This document shows positions 44,098 through 52,167 of a DNA stretch of 64,000 bases, piece after piece (the stretch's first letter is position 1; every line of letters begins with the position of its first letter). The stretch covers positions 48,214-112,213 of the forward strand of contig CAZKXB010000001.1 of the NCBI GenBank assembly GCA_964556595.1, given 5' to 3'. The position numbers and the translations under genes were made by a program. This DNA comes from an uncultured Ruminococcus sp. GTDB lineage: Bacteria > Bacillota > Clostridia > Oscillospirales > Ruminococcaceae. A model generated the notes under the pieces. That model ran no database searches. It was not told the origin of the DNA and worked only from the letters and a program-made list of their open reading frames with translations.

Positions 44098-44493
44098 GAA
44101 AATATATAGCTTGTTAAATAATGATTATCACACAGTTGTTTTTAAATGGAATGGCGTTAAATTTACAATTCGTGCCGAGCAAGGAGAAGTTATTGTTGAT
44201 GATTTTCATGAAAAAGCATTAAAATAACCCACTTGCGGATAAGCATAATGCTACCAAGGCATGTGCAGAGATGTCCGTTACATTCATCTAAGCACGGGCA
44301 GAGGCATAGGAAAGTAATATCAGAGCCATCACATACATAATTTGGAACTTAGGCTTTTTAAATATAGGGGGGATTGTCATAGTCGGCGAAGCCGTAGCAG
44401 CCTGTGGAATCAAAGGGTACACATACCCGCGGCTGTTTGGCAGGGTGGGAAAACCGCCAACAAAGCAATCATCTTGTATTGATGACCTTATAT

Positions 44494-44525
44494 CCGAGGC
44501 GGAATACCGCCTCGGTTATTTTTTT
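44494..44525 (+). terminator. Strong intrinsic terminator within the leader of the truncated sigma-like gene
   Basis: CCGAGGCGG-AATA-CCGCCTCGG followed by TTATTTTTTT. Confidence 0.85.
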
Positions 44526-44615
44526 GTCCAAAATAGGGCAGCACCTCGGTGCAGAGATCCTCCGAATTTAGATTTGTGTTAAAAACAAAAAATCTAAATT
44601 TAGGAGGGACTAAAA

Positions 44616-44786
44616 ATGTCCAAAAAATACATTATGAAGAACGGCATATCCGTTGTGGTCTCGGACGAGATCTATAAAATCCTTAAGGAATCGGATCGAA
44701 AAATCAAGTATGTCGAGCATGACCTAAAGGAAACACGGTACATTATCGACCGAAAGAAAGAAACGGTCAAAGAGATACCGAGCCGC
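44616..44786 (+). pseudogene. 5' fragment of a mobile-element sigma-70 region-4-type protein, truncated after IPSR
   Basis: AGGAGG RBS; VSDEIYKILKESDRKIKYVEHDLKE..IPSR resembles N-termini of Clostridial ICE sigma-like proteins (recognition from memory); the remainder of the ORF overlaps the convergent ARH gene and has no HTH. Confidence 0.55.
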
Positions 44787-44829
44787 AAGGAAATTCCACG
44801 GCGCTGCCCTAAATCCCACATCAAAATCG

Positions 44830-45687
44830 TCAGTCAGCCCCGATATACCTTTTCCATCGGCGAAGCACCGCTTTTAACGGCTCGTCCAAATAGTAATAAG
44901 CCTTGTCCTTAATCCAGTCAGGTATACCATATGCCGCTTCCGCAATGCTGCCGGTAATCGCCGCCAGTGTATCGCTGTCACCGCCAAGGGAAATTGCATT
45001 TCTAATCGAATCCTCAAAATCCGTGCTTTCAAGAAAGGCAATAATGGCTTGAGGAACGGTTTGCTGACAAGTTTCGTTAAAACGGTATGTCGGGCGGATT
45101 TCGTCAAGCGATTTGGAGAGGTCATAGCCATACACATTCTCAATGTGCTGCTTGATACGCCGCTTGCACTCCGCAGGATTATCGTTAATCGGCTGTTCAT
45201 AGTCGCCGCAATAGCCGCCAAAATAGTAACGGCACATAAAAATAGCGTCGGCTGTCGCCATTGCCCCTTTAATGCCCTCAGGGTGATTATGTGTAACCTC
45301 TGCGGAAAGCTGCGCAGCAGCCCTGCCGTTTGACGGCCACATTCCTGTTCGGGCGCAGAAGCCGCAGTCCATCACCCACGCGCAAGGAGAAACGCGCATA
45401 GCAGAACCGTTGCCAAAGCTGTTATACGGCTCGCGGTCATCAGACGCAATCCACGCGCTGAAATTGCCGCCGTATCCCGCGTCAGGATACATACGACCGT
45501 ATTTCTTCATGGCATTGATGAAGTCATCTCTCTTACTGCCGTTCATGACCGCTTCCGCAACGGCGCAGGTCATAACGGTATCGTCCGTGAAAAAACAATC
45601 CTCCCGAAACAAAGGAAACTCTTTCGTTCTGATATTGTTCCATTCATATACAGAACCTACGATATCACCGACTATTGCCCCAAGCAT
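44830..45687 (-). CDS. ADP-ribosylglycohydrolase (DraG/ARH family)
   Basis: GAIVGDIVGS, FTDDT, SFGNGSAMR, THNHPEG, GGDSDT. Confidence 0.94.
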   Translation of the reverse strand: MLGAIVGDIVGSVYEWNNIRTKEFPLFREDCFFTDDTVMTCAVAEAVMNGSKRDDFINAMKKYGRMYPDAGYGGNFSAWIASDDREPYNSFGNGSAMRVSPCAWVMDCGFCARTGMWPSNGRAAAQLSAEVTHNHPEGIKGAMATADAIFMCRYYFGGYCGDYEQPINDNPAECKRRIKQHIENVYGYDLSKSLDEIRPTYRFNETCQQTVPQAIIAFLESTDFEDSIRNAISLGGDSDTLAAITGSIAEAAYGIPDWIKDKAYYYLDEPLKAVLRRWKRYIGAD

Positions 45688-45987
45688 AAAATACCTCCTT
45701 ACAAAATCACTGTCATGTCACAATAATAATCCCGCCAACGCCAGTCACTCGCCGCAGACGATTTTTAGTATGTCTGCCGCTCATCATAAATTATCCAAAC
45801 GCTAATGAGCGCGCAGTTCGGGATATAAAAACAGCCGCAGGCGCGAACGATTTATATAACGCAAAAACGGATTGCTTAAAGGCAATCCGAGTCGAGCGCT
45901 TGCTATTTCAAACCGCCCGATGGACGGTTTGAAACCTGTCTATGCTAAGCGAAAAAGATTTTTTATAACACGGGATAAACAAATAAA

Positions 45988-46023
45988 TTCCGCTGAACCT
46001 CATTCGGAAAAGGTTCAGCGGAA
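45988..46023 (-). terminator. Terminator of tRNA-Thr
   Basis: TTCCGCTGAACCT-N10-AGGTTCAGCGGAA followed by TTTATTTGTTT on the minus strand. Confidence 0.8.
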
Positions 46024-46026
46024 CGC

Positions 46027-46102
46027 TGGAGCTGGGAATGGGACTCGAACCCACGACCTGCGCATTACGAATGCGCTGCTCTACCAACTGAGCTATACCA
46101 GC
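46027..46102 (-). tRNA. tRNA-Thr(CGU)
   Basis: GCTGGTATAGCTCAGTTGGTAGAGCAGCGCATTCGTAATGCGCAGGTCGTGGGTTCGAGTCCCATTCCCAGCTCCA. Confidence 0.95.
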
Positions 46103-46153
46103 ATATAATCTGATTTATTGCAGCCTACGCAAAAATAACCTTGCGAAAACCGC

Positions 46154-46182
46154 TTGCAAAAAAGTATAATATGTGCTATACT
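46154..46182 (+). promoter_or_regulatory. Sigma-A-type promoter for the SipW-like/ECF/udp/HAD gene run
   Basis: TTGCAA-N17-TATACT with extended TG. Confidence 0.65.
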
Positions 46183-46278
46183 GAAATATATCGCAAGTGG
46201 CGTGTCAAATGCAGTAACAAAACTATTATAATATTTTTTTTCCGTTTTGTCAAGTATAAAAGAGGAGTTTTTTTGGAA

Positions 46279-47637
46279 ATGGGCAAAAAAATTGCTAGAG
46301 GCTTCGGTATTTTCGTGTGCGTAATGCTGTTTGTGCTTTGCGTATTTATGTTGGCGGTGTCGGTTATTTTCGGGTCGGACGGGCTTGTGGGCGCGTTCGG
46401 GTACAATCTTTACCTTTGCGGTCATTCGGATTTTGAGGGATTAGACAGCGGCGCGGCTGTTATAGTCGAGCAGTGCGAGCCTTATGACCTTACCGAGGGC
46501 AACCTTATCCTTTACACCGTTTCGGATAATCAGGACAATCCCGACAGCGGGGAGCAAATTCTCGCATACCTTGAAGCTTATGAAATGAGCGATGGCGTGT
46601 ATACCCTCACCGTGTCGGACGCAGACGGCGTTCAGAGCAGAATAAGCGAACGTGCGCTTGTGGGAAAAGCAGGCTGGAGCAGTCCCGCGCTCGGCGTAAT
46701 TATCAGCTTTATTATTTCGCCTTGGGGAGTTTGCGTTATGGCTGTGCTTCCCTGCCTTGCGCTTATCCTGTACAGTGTACTTAAAAGCGCCGCAGATGAC
46801 GACCGCTCAATTCCCGAGGTTGTGCCGCAGCTTAAAAATTCCCAGCCCGAAGAAAAAGCACCCGCCGCAGCGCTTGGCGTAAAGGCTGACGGCAACGCTC
46901 AATATGCCAGAACAACAGCCGCAAAGCCATCACAGACAGCCGACAGCGTTTTGTTTACTTATAACGGCGCACGGAAATCTCCTGCGGCAATGAAGCCGTC
47001 TGCGCCTGAGCAGTCCCCCAAAACCGCTCCTGCACAGTCTGCCAAAACCGCTCCTGCACAGTCTGCCAAAACCGCACCCGCGGCAATGAAGCCGTCAGCT
47101 CCCGCGCAGCCGACAAAATCCGCACCTGCTATAACGAAACCCGCCGCTTCGCTTTCGGCGGACAAGGCGACAGATAAGCCGAAATCCGACAGCGCACAGC
47201 AGGGCGCAGTTCCCGCTTCCGTTGCGGCAAGGCGCTATCTGGACAACGCGGTGGGCGCGCAGAAAAAGCCAGCTTCCACTGCACCAAAGGCGGTTGAAGC
47301 TGCGGCAAAGGTCAGCGGCACTACCGCGGAGCTTCCCCAAATCCCCAAAAAGAAAAAATCTGACGCATTTTTTGCGCAAAGCAGCGCCCCGCAAATCGGC
47401 AGACCCGCCGACCCGCGCAGCCGCGCAGTTATAGAGCTTGAGGACGCGCTTGCCTCCGCCCACGATAAAAAGGAGCAGCCGAAGAAAAACGCCGAGCCGA
47501 CAGGCAAACGCACCGCGGACATTATCGCCGCCAAGGCGCGCGGCGAGCTGATTTCCGAGGACGATGACAGCCGCGACAGAAGCCGCTACGAAGTTGACGA
47601 TATACTGGCGGGCATAGACCGCCGACACAAATCGTGA
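46279..47637 (+). CDS. SipW/S26B signal-peptidase-like membrane protein, apparently non-catalytic, with long disordered C-tail
   Basis: TM - AFGYNLYLC..SDFEGLDSGAAVIVEQ...L.EGNLILY ... LVGKA - TM layout of S26B; start MGKKIARG after AGAGGAG. Confidence 0.6.
   Translation: MGKKIARGFGIFVCVMLFVLCVFMLAVSVIFGSDGLVGAFGYNLYLCGHSDFEGLDSGAAVIVEQCEPYDLTEGNLILYTVSDNQDNPDSGEQILAYLEAYEMSDGVYTLTVSDADGVQSRISERALVGKAGWSSPALGVIISFIISPWGVCVMAVLPCLALILYSVLKSAADDDRSIPEVVPQLKNSQPEEKAPAAALGVKADGNAQYARTTAAKPSQTADSVLFTYNGARKSPAAMKPSAPEQSPKTAPAQSAKTAPAQSAKTAPAAMKPSAPAQPTKSAPAITKPAASLSADKATDKPKSDSAQQGAVPASVAARRYLDNAVGAQKKPASTAPKAVEAAAKVSGTTAELPQIPKKKKSDAFFAQSSAPQIGRPADPRSRAVIELEDALASAHDKKEQPKKNAEPTGKRTADIIAAKARGELISEDDDSRDRSRYEVDDILAGIDRRHKS
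47011..47082 (+). repeat. 24-nt in-frame tandem repeat (QSAKTAPA x3), flanked by duplicated PAAMKPSAP
   Basis: cagtctgccaaaaccgctcctgca repeated; gcggcaatgaagccgtc at about 46984 and 47080. Confidence 0.85.
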
Positions 47638-48347
47638 AAAAATTTGTATCCGCTGCGGCGATTGTTGCCGTTGCGCTTGCGGCGGTTTTCACCGCGTTGT
47701 CGGGCGGGCATTGGGATATCGCGGCTGTTTTTGCGGCGTTTCTGTGCTGCGTTCCGTTTTTTGCGGCGTTTGAAAGCCGCGCTCCCATGGCAAGAGAGGT
47801 CGTGCTGGTCGCGGTGATGACGGCGTTTTCCGCTGCGGGAAGAATTATATTCGCGGCGATACCGTTTTTTAAGCCTGTCACCGCCATTGTGATTATTTCC
47901 GCAATGTATTTCGGACAGCAGGCGGGCTTTATGATTGGCGCAATGTCCGCGCTTATTTCCAATATCTATTTCGGGCAGGGCGCCTGGACGGTGTTTCAGA
48001 TGCTTTGCTGGGGAATGATAGGCTTCGCCGCAGGGCTGCTGAACAAGCGCGGCTTGCTTGAAAAGCCGTTTGCGCTTTGCGTTTGCGGAGTTCTTTCGGG
48101 CGCGCTTTATTCCGTTGTTATGGATATATGGACTGTTATCTCCGCAGACGGCGGCTTTAATTCCGCGCGGTGGCTTGCGGCGCTGATATCGGCGCTTCCG
48201 ATAACCGTGTGCTACTGCGTTTCAAACGCGGTGTTCCTTATGATATTAAGAAAACCGCTCGGCAGCAAGCTTAGGCGGCTTAAAACAAAATTCGGCGTGT
48301 TCTGTCAGGACGAATACGCGCGGCAAATAACTGAACGAAAGGCATAA
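47634..48347 (+). CDS. ECF transporter S component (CbrT-like)
   Basis: IPFFKPVTAIVIIS...FG...GFMIGAMSALISNIYFGQGAWT.FQM; GTG start overlapping the previous stop. Confidence 0.8.
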   Translation: MKKFVSAAAIVAVALAAVFTALSGGHWDIAAVFAAFLCCVPFFAAFESRAPMAREVVLVAVMTAFSAAGRIIFAAIPFFKPVTAIVIISAMYFGQQAGFMIGAMSALISNIYFGQGAWTVFQMLCWGMIGFAAGLLNKRGLLEKPFALCVCGVLSGALYSVVMDIWTVISADGGFNSARWLAALISALPITVCYCVSNAVFLMILRKPLGSKLRRLKTKFGVFCQDEYARQITERKA

Positions 48348-48351
48348 AACA

Positions 48352-48942
48352 ATGGCAAAGCACTACAAACTTAACATCAAAAAAAATACGCAGCAGGACA
48401 GCTTTTACAAAAAATGCGGTCTGTTTCACCGATATACGGCAAGCAAAAGCATGGGAATTGCGGTGCTTGTGCTTCAGCTTTTATCGCTGGCGCTTACTTC
48501 GATTTTTTCGCTTTGCATAGGCATTCTGGGCGCGTCCTTTCAGGCTTCGCAGTATGCGGCGGATTTTGCGCAGCTTGACTCCGCGCAGACCTTTGCGCTG
48601 CGCGTGGCTAACCTTGTAATCCCAGGAAATTACCTGTGGCTTATTTCGTCCATAATTTTCGTTGTGGGAACGCTGACGCTTGTTCTCGGCTTTTCAAGGA
48701 TTGCTTCAATAATCCACGGCGCGGCGACTGTCTGCCTTTTTATCGGCTACAACATGATAATGCAGGCGCATGAGCTTGTGGGAACTACGGCAAATCCCGC
48801 TTCCATCATGCTGCCGAATATCTTTATTTTTATAATATCCGTTGGCATTGCGCTGCTTGTAAATTTCCCCAAGTGGCTGGACAAAAAGCACGAAAAGGAC
48901 AGCGCCGTTGCGCCGTCTATACTTTCAGATAAGGAGGACTGA
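48352..48942 (+). CDS. Hypothetical membrane protein (about 4 TM)
   Basis: ORF in operon context; hydrophobic segments. Confidence 0.72.
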   Translation: MAKHYKLNIKKNTQQDSFYKKCGLFHRYTASKSMGIAVLVLQLLSLALTSIFSLCIGILGASFQASQYAADFAQLDSAQTFALRVANLVIPGNYLWLISSIIFVVGTLTLVLGFSRIASIIHGAATVCLFIGYNMIMQAHELVGTTANPASIMLPNIFIFIISVGIALLVNFPKWLDKKHEKDSAVAPSILSDKED

Positions 48943-48946
48943 CACC

Positions 48947-49741
48947 ATGGCTTCAATTATTTCGGAGGATATCCGTTTCCACCTGAAAACAAAAACGGGA
49001 GATGTGGGCAGATATGTTATTCTTCCGGGCGACCCGGGCAGAGTTCCCAAAATCGCCGCAAAGCTTGAAAACGCGCAGCTTATCGCGCAGAACCGCGAAT
49101 ACACCACCTACACGGGCTATCTTGACGGCGTAAAGGTCAGCGTATGCTCAACGGGCATAGGCGGCGCTTCCGCCGCAATAGCGGTGGAGGAGCTTATCAT
49201 GTGCGGCGCGGACACCTTTATAAGGGTCGGCACAAGCGGCGGCATGGATTTGAAGGTGTCAGGCGGCGACCTTGTGGTTGCCACGGCGGCAGTGCGCAGC
49301 GAGGGCACAAGCCACGAATATCTCCCCGACCACTACCCCGCTGCCGCAAGCTTTGAGGTGGTTCGCGCCCTTAAGGACGCGGGCGACGAGCTTTCCACCA
49401 ACGAGGACGGAAACCGCTGCCACGCGGGCGTAGTCCACAGCAAGGATAATTTCTACGGCGAGATAGACCCCTCCACCACCTGCGTTGCGGGCAGGCTGTC
49501 GGACGCGTGGAACTCCTATGTAAAATGCGGCTGCCTTACCTCAGAGATGGAGGCTGCTGCTATCTTCTCGGTGGCGCAGGTAAGGGGCGTGCGCGCGGGC
49601 GCAGTGCTTACCGCGCTGTGGAATGTGGAGCGCAGCAACGCGGGGCTTCCCGATAAGAAATGCGAAAGCAGCGAGCGCGCAATAGACTGCGCTATCGGCG
49701 CGATAAAGCGCCTTATCAAGCTTGACAAGGCGGCTGAGTGA
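48947..49741 (+). CDS. udp: Uridine phosphorylase
   Basis: LPGDPGRV, STGIGGAS..IAVEEL, IRVGTSG, SEMEAA; start MASII after AAGGAGG. Confidence 0.88.
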   Translation: MASIISEDIRFHLKTKTGDVGRYVILPGDPGRVPKIAAKLENAQLIAQNREYTTYTGYLDGVKVSVCSTGIGGASAAIAVEELIMCGADTFIRVGTSGGMDLKVSGGDLVVATAAVRSEGTSHEYLPDHYPAAASFEVVRALKDAGDELSTNEDGNRCHAGVVHSKDNFYGEIDPSTTCVAGRLSDAWNSYVKCGCLTSEMEAAAIFSVAQVRGVRAGAVLTALWNVERSNAGLPDKKCESSERAIDCAIGAIKRLIKLDKAAE

Positions 49742-50388
49742 TGTTCGATACGGTGCTGTTCGACCTTGACGGAACGCTTACCAATCCGTTTGAAGGGATA
49801 ACGGGCGGAGTTCTATACGCATTGAAGCGGCTTGGTTACGCGCTGCCACAGCGCAGCGACCTTGTAAGCTTTATAGGTCCGCCGCTGTTTGATGAGTTTT
49901 CGCGCCGTTTTAATATGGACGCGCAGACCGCTGACGAGGCGGTTCGGCTGTACCGTGAATACTATATGAACGGCGGAATATACGAGAATGAGCTTCTTGA
50001 CGGCGCGCAGGAGCTTTTGGCGGCGTTATGCGCTGCGGGAAAGCGGGTGTGCCTTGCGACCTCAAAGCCCGAACCTATGGCGAGGAAGATTTTGGAGCGA
50101 TTTGATTTACTGAAATACTTCGATTATATAGGCGCGGCTTCTCTTGACGGCAGCGTCAGCGCAAAGGCAGATGTTGTTCGGCTTGTGCTGGATAAGACGA
50201 AAGCGGACAAAAATAAATGCGTTCTGGTCGGCGACAGGTGCTACGACATAGACGGCGCTCACGCAGCGGGAATAAAGTGTGCTGCGGTTCTTTGCGGTTT
50301 TGGAAGCCGAGAGGAATTTGAAAGTTACGCGGCGGATTATATATGCAGCGATTTGTTTGAAGTTAAAAAGCTGCTTAATTGCTGCTGA
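49738..50388 (+). CDS. HAD-superfamily phosphatase (Gph/5'-nucleotidase-like)
   Basis: FDLDGTL, LATSKPE, LVGDR..DIDGA. Confidence 0.9.
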   Translation: MMFDTVLFDLDGTLTNPFEGITGGVLYALKRLGYALPQRSDLVSFIGPPLFDEFSRRFNMDAQTADEAVRLYREYYMNGGIYENELLDGAQELLAALCAAGKRVCLATSKPEPMARKILERFDLLKYFDYIGAASLDGSVSAKADVVRLVLDKTKADKNKCVLVGDRCYDIDGAHAAGIKCAAVLCGFGSREEFESYAADYICSDLFEVKKLLNCC

Positions 50389-50507
50389 ACGAATTAAGGC
50401 AACACCACAGCCGCCTTTCCTCTTTGGAAAGACGGCTTTTTCAATAAGAAACATACTCCGCCATGCCACAAAAAATCACGGGAAGCCAAAGCTACCCGTG
50501 ATTATTT

Positions 50508-51893
50508 TTATTCTGCCACCTTTGCCTTAAGCCGCTTCTGCGGCAAAATCAGCATTGCCGTGATTTCAGAAGCGGGACACGGCTTGCTGTAAAGATAACC
50601 CTGTGCCAAATCGCAGCCGATTTCGGTAAGGAACTTGTTCTGCGCGCTGGTTTCAACGCCCTCCGCAAGAACAATCAGCTTCATAGCCTTGCCCAAATCC
50701 ACGATAGCGCCCGTAATCTGCTTGGAAACGTCATTATCCTCAATATCGCAGACAAGGCTGCGGTCAATCTTAAGAATATCAAGCGGGATAGTCTTAAGCG
50801 AACTAAGCGAGGAATAACCGCTGCCGAAATCGTCCATGGAAACGCTTACGCCCATGCTGCGGATATCTCTCAGCACGTTCACCGTGCGCTCAATATCCTT
50901 CATCGCCATGGTTTCCGTAACCTCAATCTCCAAAAGCTGCGGCGGCAGCCCCGTTTCGCTAAGCACATTCTTCACGGTGGAGATAACGTCAGTGCAGTAA
51001 AACTGCGCCTGCGACATATTTACAGAAATCTTAACCGCAGGAAGCCCGTCATCAAGCCACTGCTTGCACTGCCTGCAAGCTTCCCGAAGCCCCCACTCGT
51101 CTATTTTCGTGATAATGCCCGTTTTCTCCGCAAGCGGAATAAACTCCGCAGGCGAAACAAAGCCCTTTGTCGGGTGATGCCAGCGTATCAGCGCCTCAAC
51201 GCCCATAATCTCGCCCGTGCCAAAGCTTATCTTGGGCTGATAGTACAGCTCAAACTCGCCCTTCTCAAGCGCGGAAAGCATTTCGCTGCGCATAAATTCT
51301 TCTTCCACAAGGCGCTGCTCCATATCTGCGGTAAAATAGGTCGCCCTGCCCTGCTGTCTGGACATAAGGCACAAATTCGCCTTGCTGAACATGGTGTACA
51401 CATCATCACAGCCGTCATAAGTGACTACGCCCGCGTAAAAATCCACGCGGCGCAGCGGAGCTGCCTCGGCGAAATCCTCGTTAAGCTCCTCGCGGAACGC
51501 CCTGATAAACATATCAATCTCGCCGATTGTGTTGTAGTTTATGAAAACCGCGATATCGTCCGTATCGGTTCTGCCGCAGGGGTATTTTCCGTCCGAAAGC
51601 ACCTTGGCGCACCGCGCAAACCTTTTCACCACATCATCTGCGGCTGCGTTGCCGAAAAGCGTACTTATCCTGCCGAAGCCGTCAACATCATAAATAACAA
51701 GCGCCGTTTTTTTGCCGTTGCTATTGCTGTCGCGCACAAACTTTTCACCCTCGCGAAGAAAACGGTCGCGGTTGTACAGACCCGTAAGGCTGTCAACGCC
51801 ACTGCCTGCTGCGGACTTTCTTATATGCAGAATATAAACCGCGGCGGCAATCAAAGCCGCAGCCAAAACAGCAATCAATATATATTCCAGCAC
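50508..51893 (-). CDS. Membrane-anchored GGDEF-EAL protein (degenerate GGDEF, intact EAL)
   Basis: DSLTGLYNR; GGDEF position reads TDTDD; EALIRW, DDFGSGYSS, LKID, AEGVE, QGYLYSKP. Confidence 0.92.
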   Translation of the reverse strand: MLEYILIAVLAAALIAAAVYILHIRKSAAGSGVDSLTGLYNRDRFLREGEKFVRDSNSNGKKTALVIYDVDGFGRISTLFGNAAADDVVKRFARCAKVLSDGKYPCGRTDTDDIAVFINYNTIGEIDMFIRAFREELNEDFAEAAPLRRVDFYAGVVTYDGCDDVYTMFSKANLCLMSRQQGRATYFTADMEQRLVEEEFMRSEMLSALEKGEFELYYQPKISFGTGEIMGVEALIRWHHPTKGFVSPAEFIPLAEKTGIITKIDEWGLREACRQCKQWLDDGLPAVKISVNMSQAQFYCTDVISTVKNVLSETGLPPQLLEIEVTETMAMKDIERTVNVLRDIRSMGVSVSMDDFGSGYSSLSSLKTIPLDILKIDRSLVCDIEDNDVSKQITGAIVDLGKAMKLIVLAEGVETSAQNKFLTEIGCDLAQGYLYSKPCPASEITAMLILPQKRLKAKVAE

Positions 51894-52167
51894 GCTTTCG
51901 CCTCCCTGTCAGACCAAATAATGCGCCGCCGAACGCGGCTTTAAGCCTATCGGCAGCCGCCCGAAACAGGCGAGCCTTTACCGACAAGCTCACGCATTAC
52001 CATATGTATTTATTTTAGCACAATTTCAGCCAAAAAACAAGCGAAAAAATGCCAATACAGCATATTTTATAAAAAACATTACACATTTTCGTCATTTTGA
52101 CAATCAGTGGCATTGTTTTGCGGCGGTTATACCAACAAATTTTGTTTGTTTTTGCGGCAAAGCTGTG

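Larger units (their letters stand above)
43596..44830. mobile_element. Degenerate AT-rich integrative-element remnant at the tRNA-Leu 3' end (right boundary approximate)
   Basis: Abrupt AT-rich shift directly after CCA; gene fragments; no integrase or att duplication found. Confidence 0.6.

Noticed and set aside
44384-44490. Known riboswitch classes (c-di-GMP I/II, c-di-AMP, SAM-I, fluoride, ZTP)
   Set aside because: Consensus nucleotides were not matched by eye; kept only as an unknown structured leader.
44787-44912. 3' half of the 98-aa ORF 44616-44912 as real coding sequence
   Set aside because: Similarity to the sigma-like family appears to end at IPSR; the rest overlaps the convergent ARH gene and looks like junction read-through.
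43596-46026. att direct repeat or integrase delimiting an intact island
   Set aside because: No duplicate of either tRNA 3' end and no recombinase ORF found.
46141-46278. Extended N-termini in the ORF track (also for dacB, murA, PBP, fabG, accB, udp, 22662 gene)
   Set aside because: Downstream ATGs have proper Shine-Dalgarno sequences and match family starts; the extensions run through promoter or intergenic DNA.
51894-52167. c-di-GMP riboswitch upstream of the GGDEF-EAL gene
   Set aside because: No GEMM-I GCAAA/GCCTCC or GEMM-II motifs visible.
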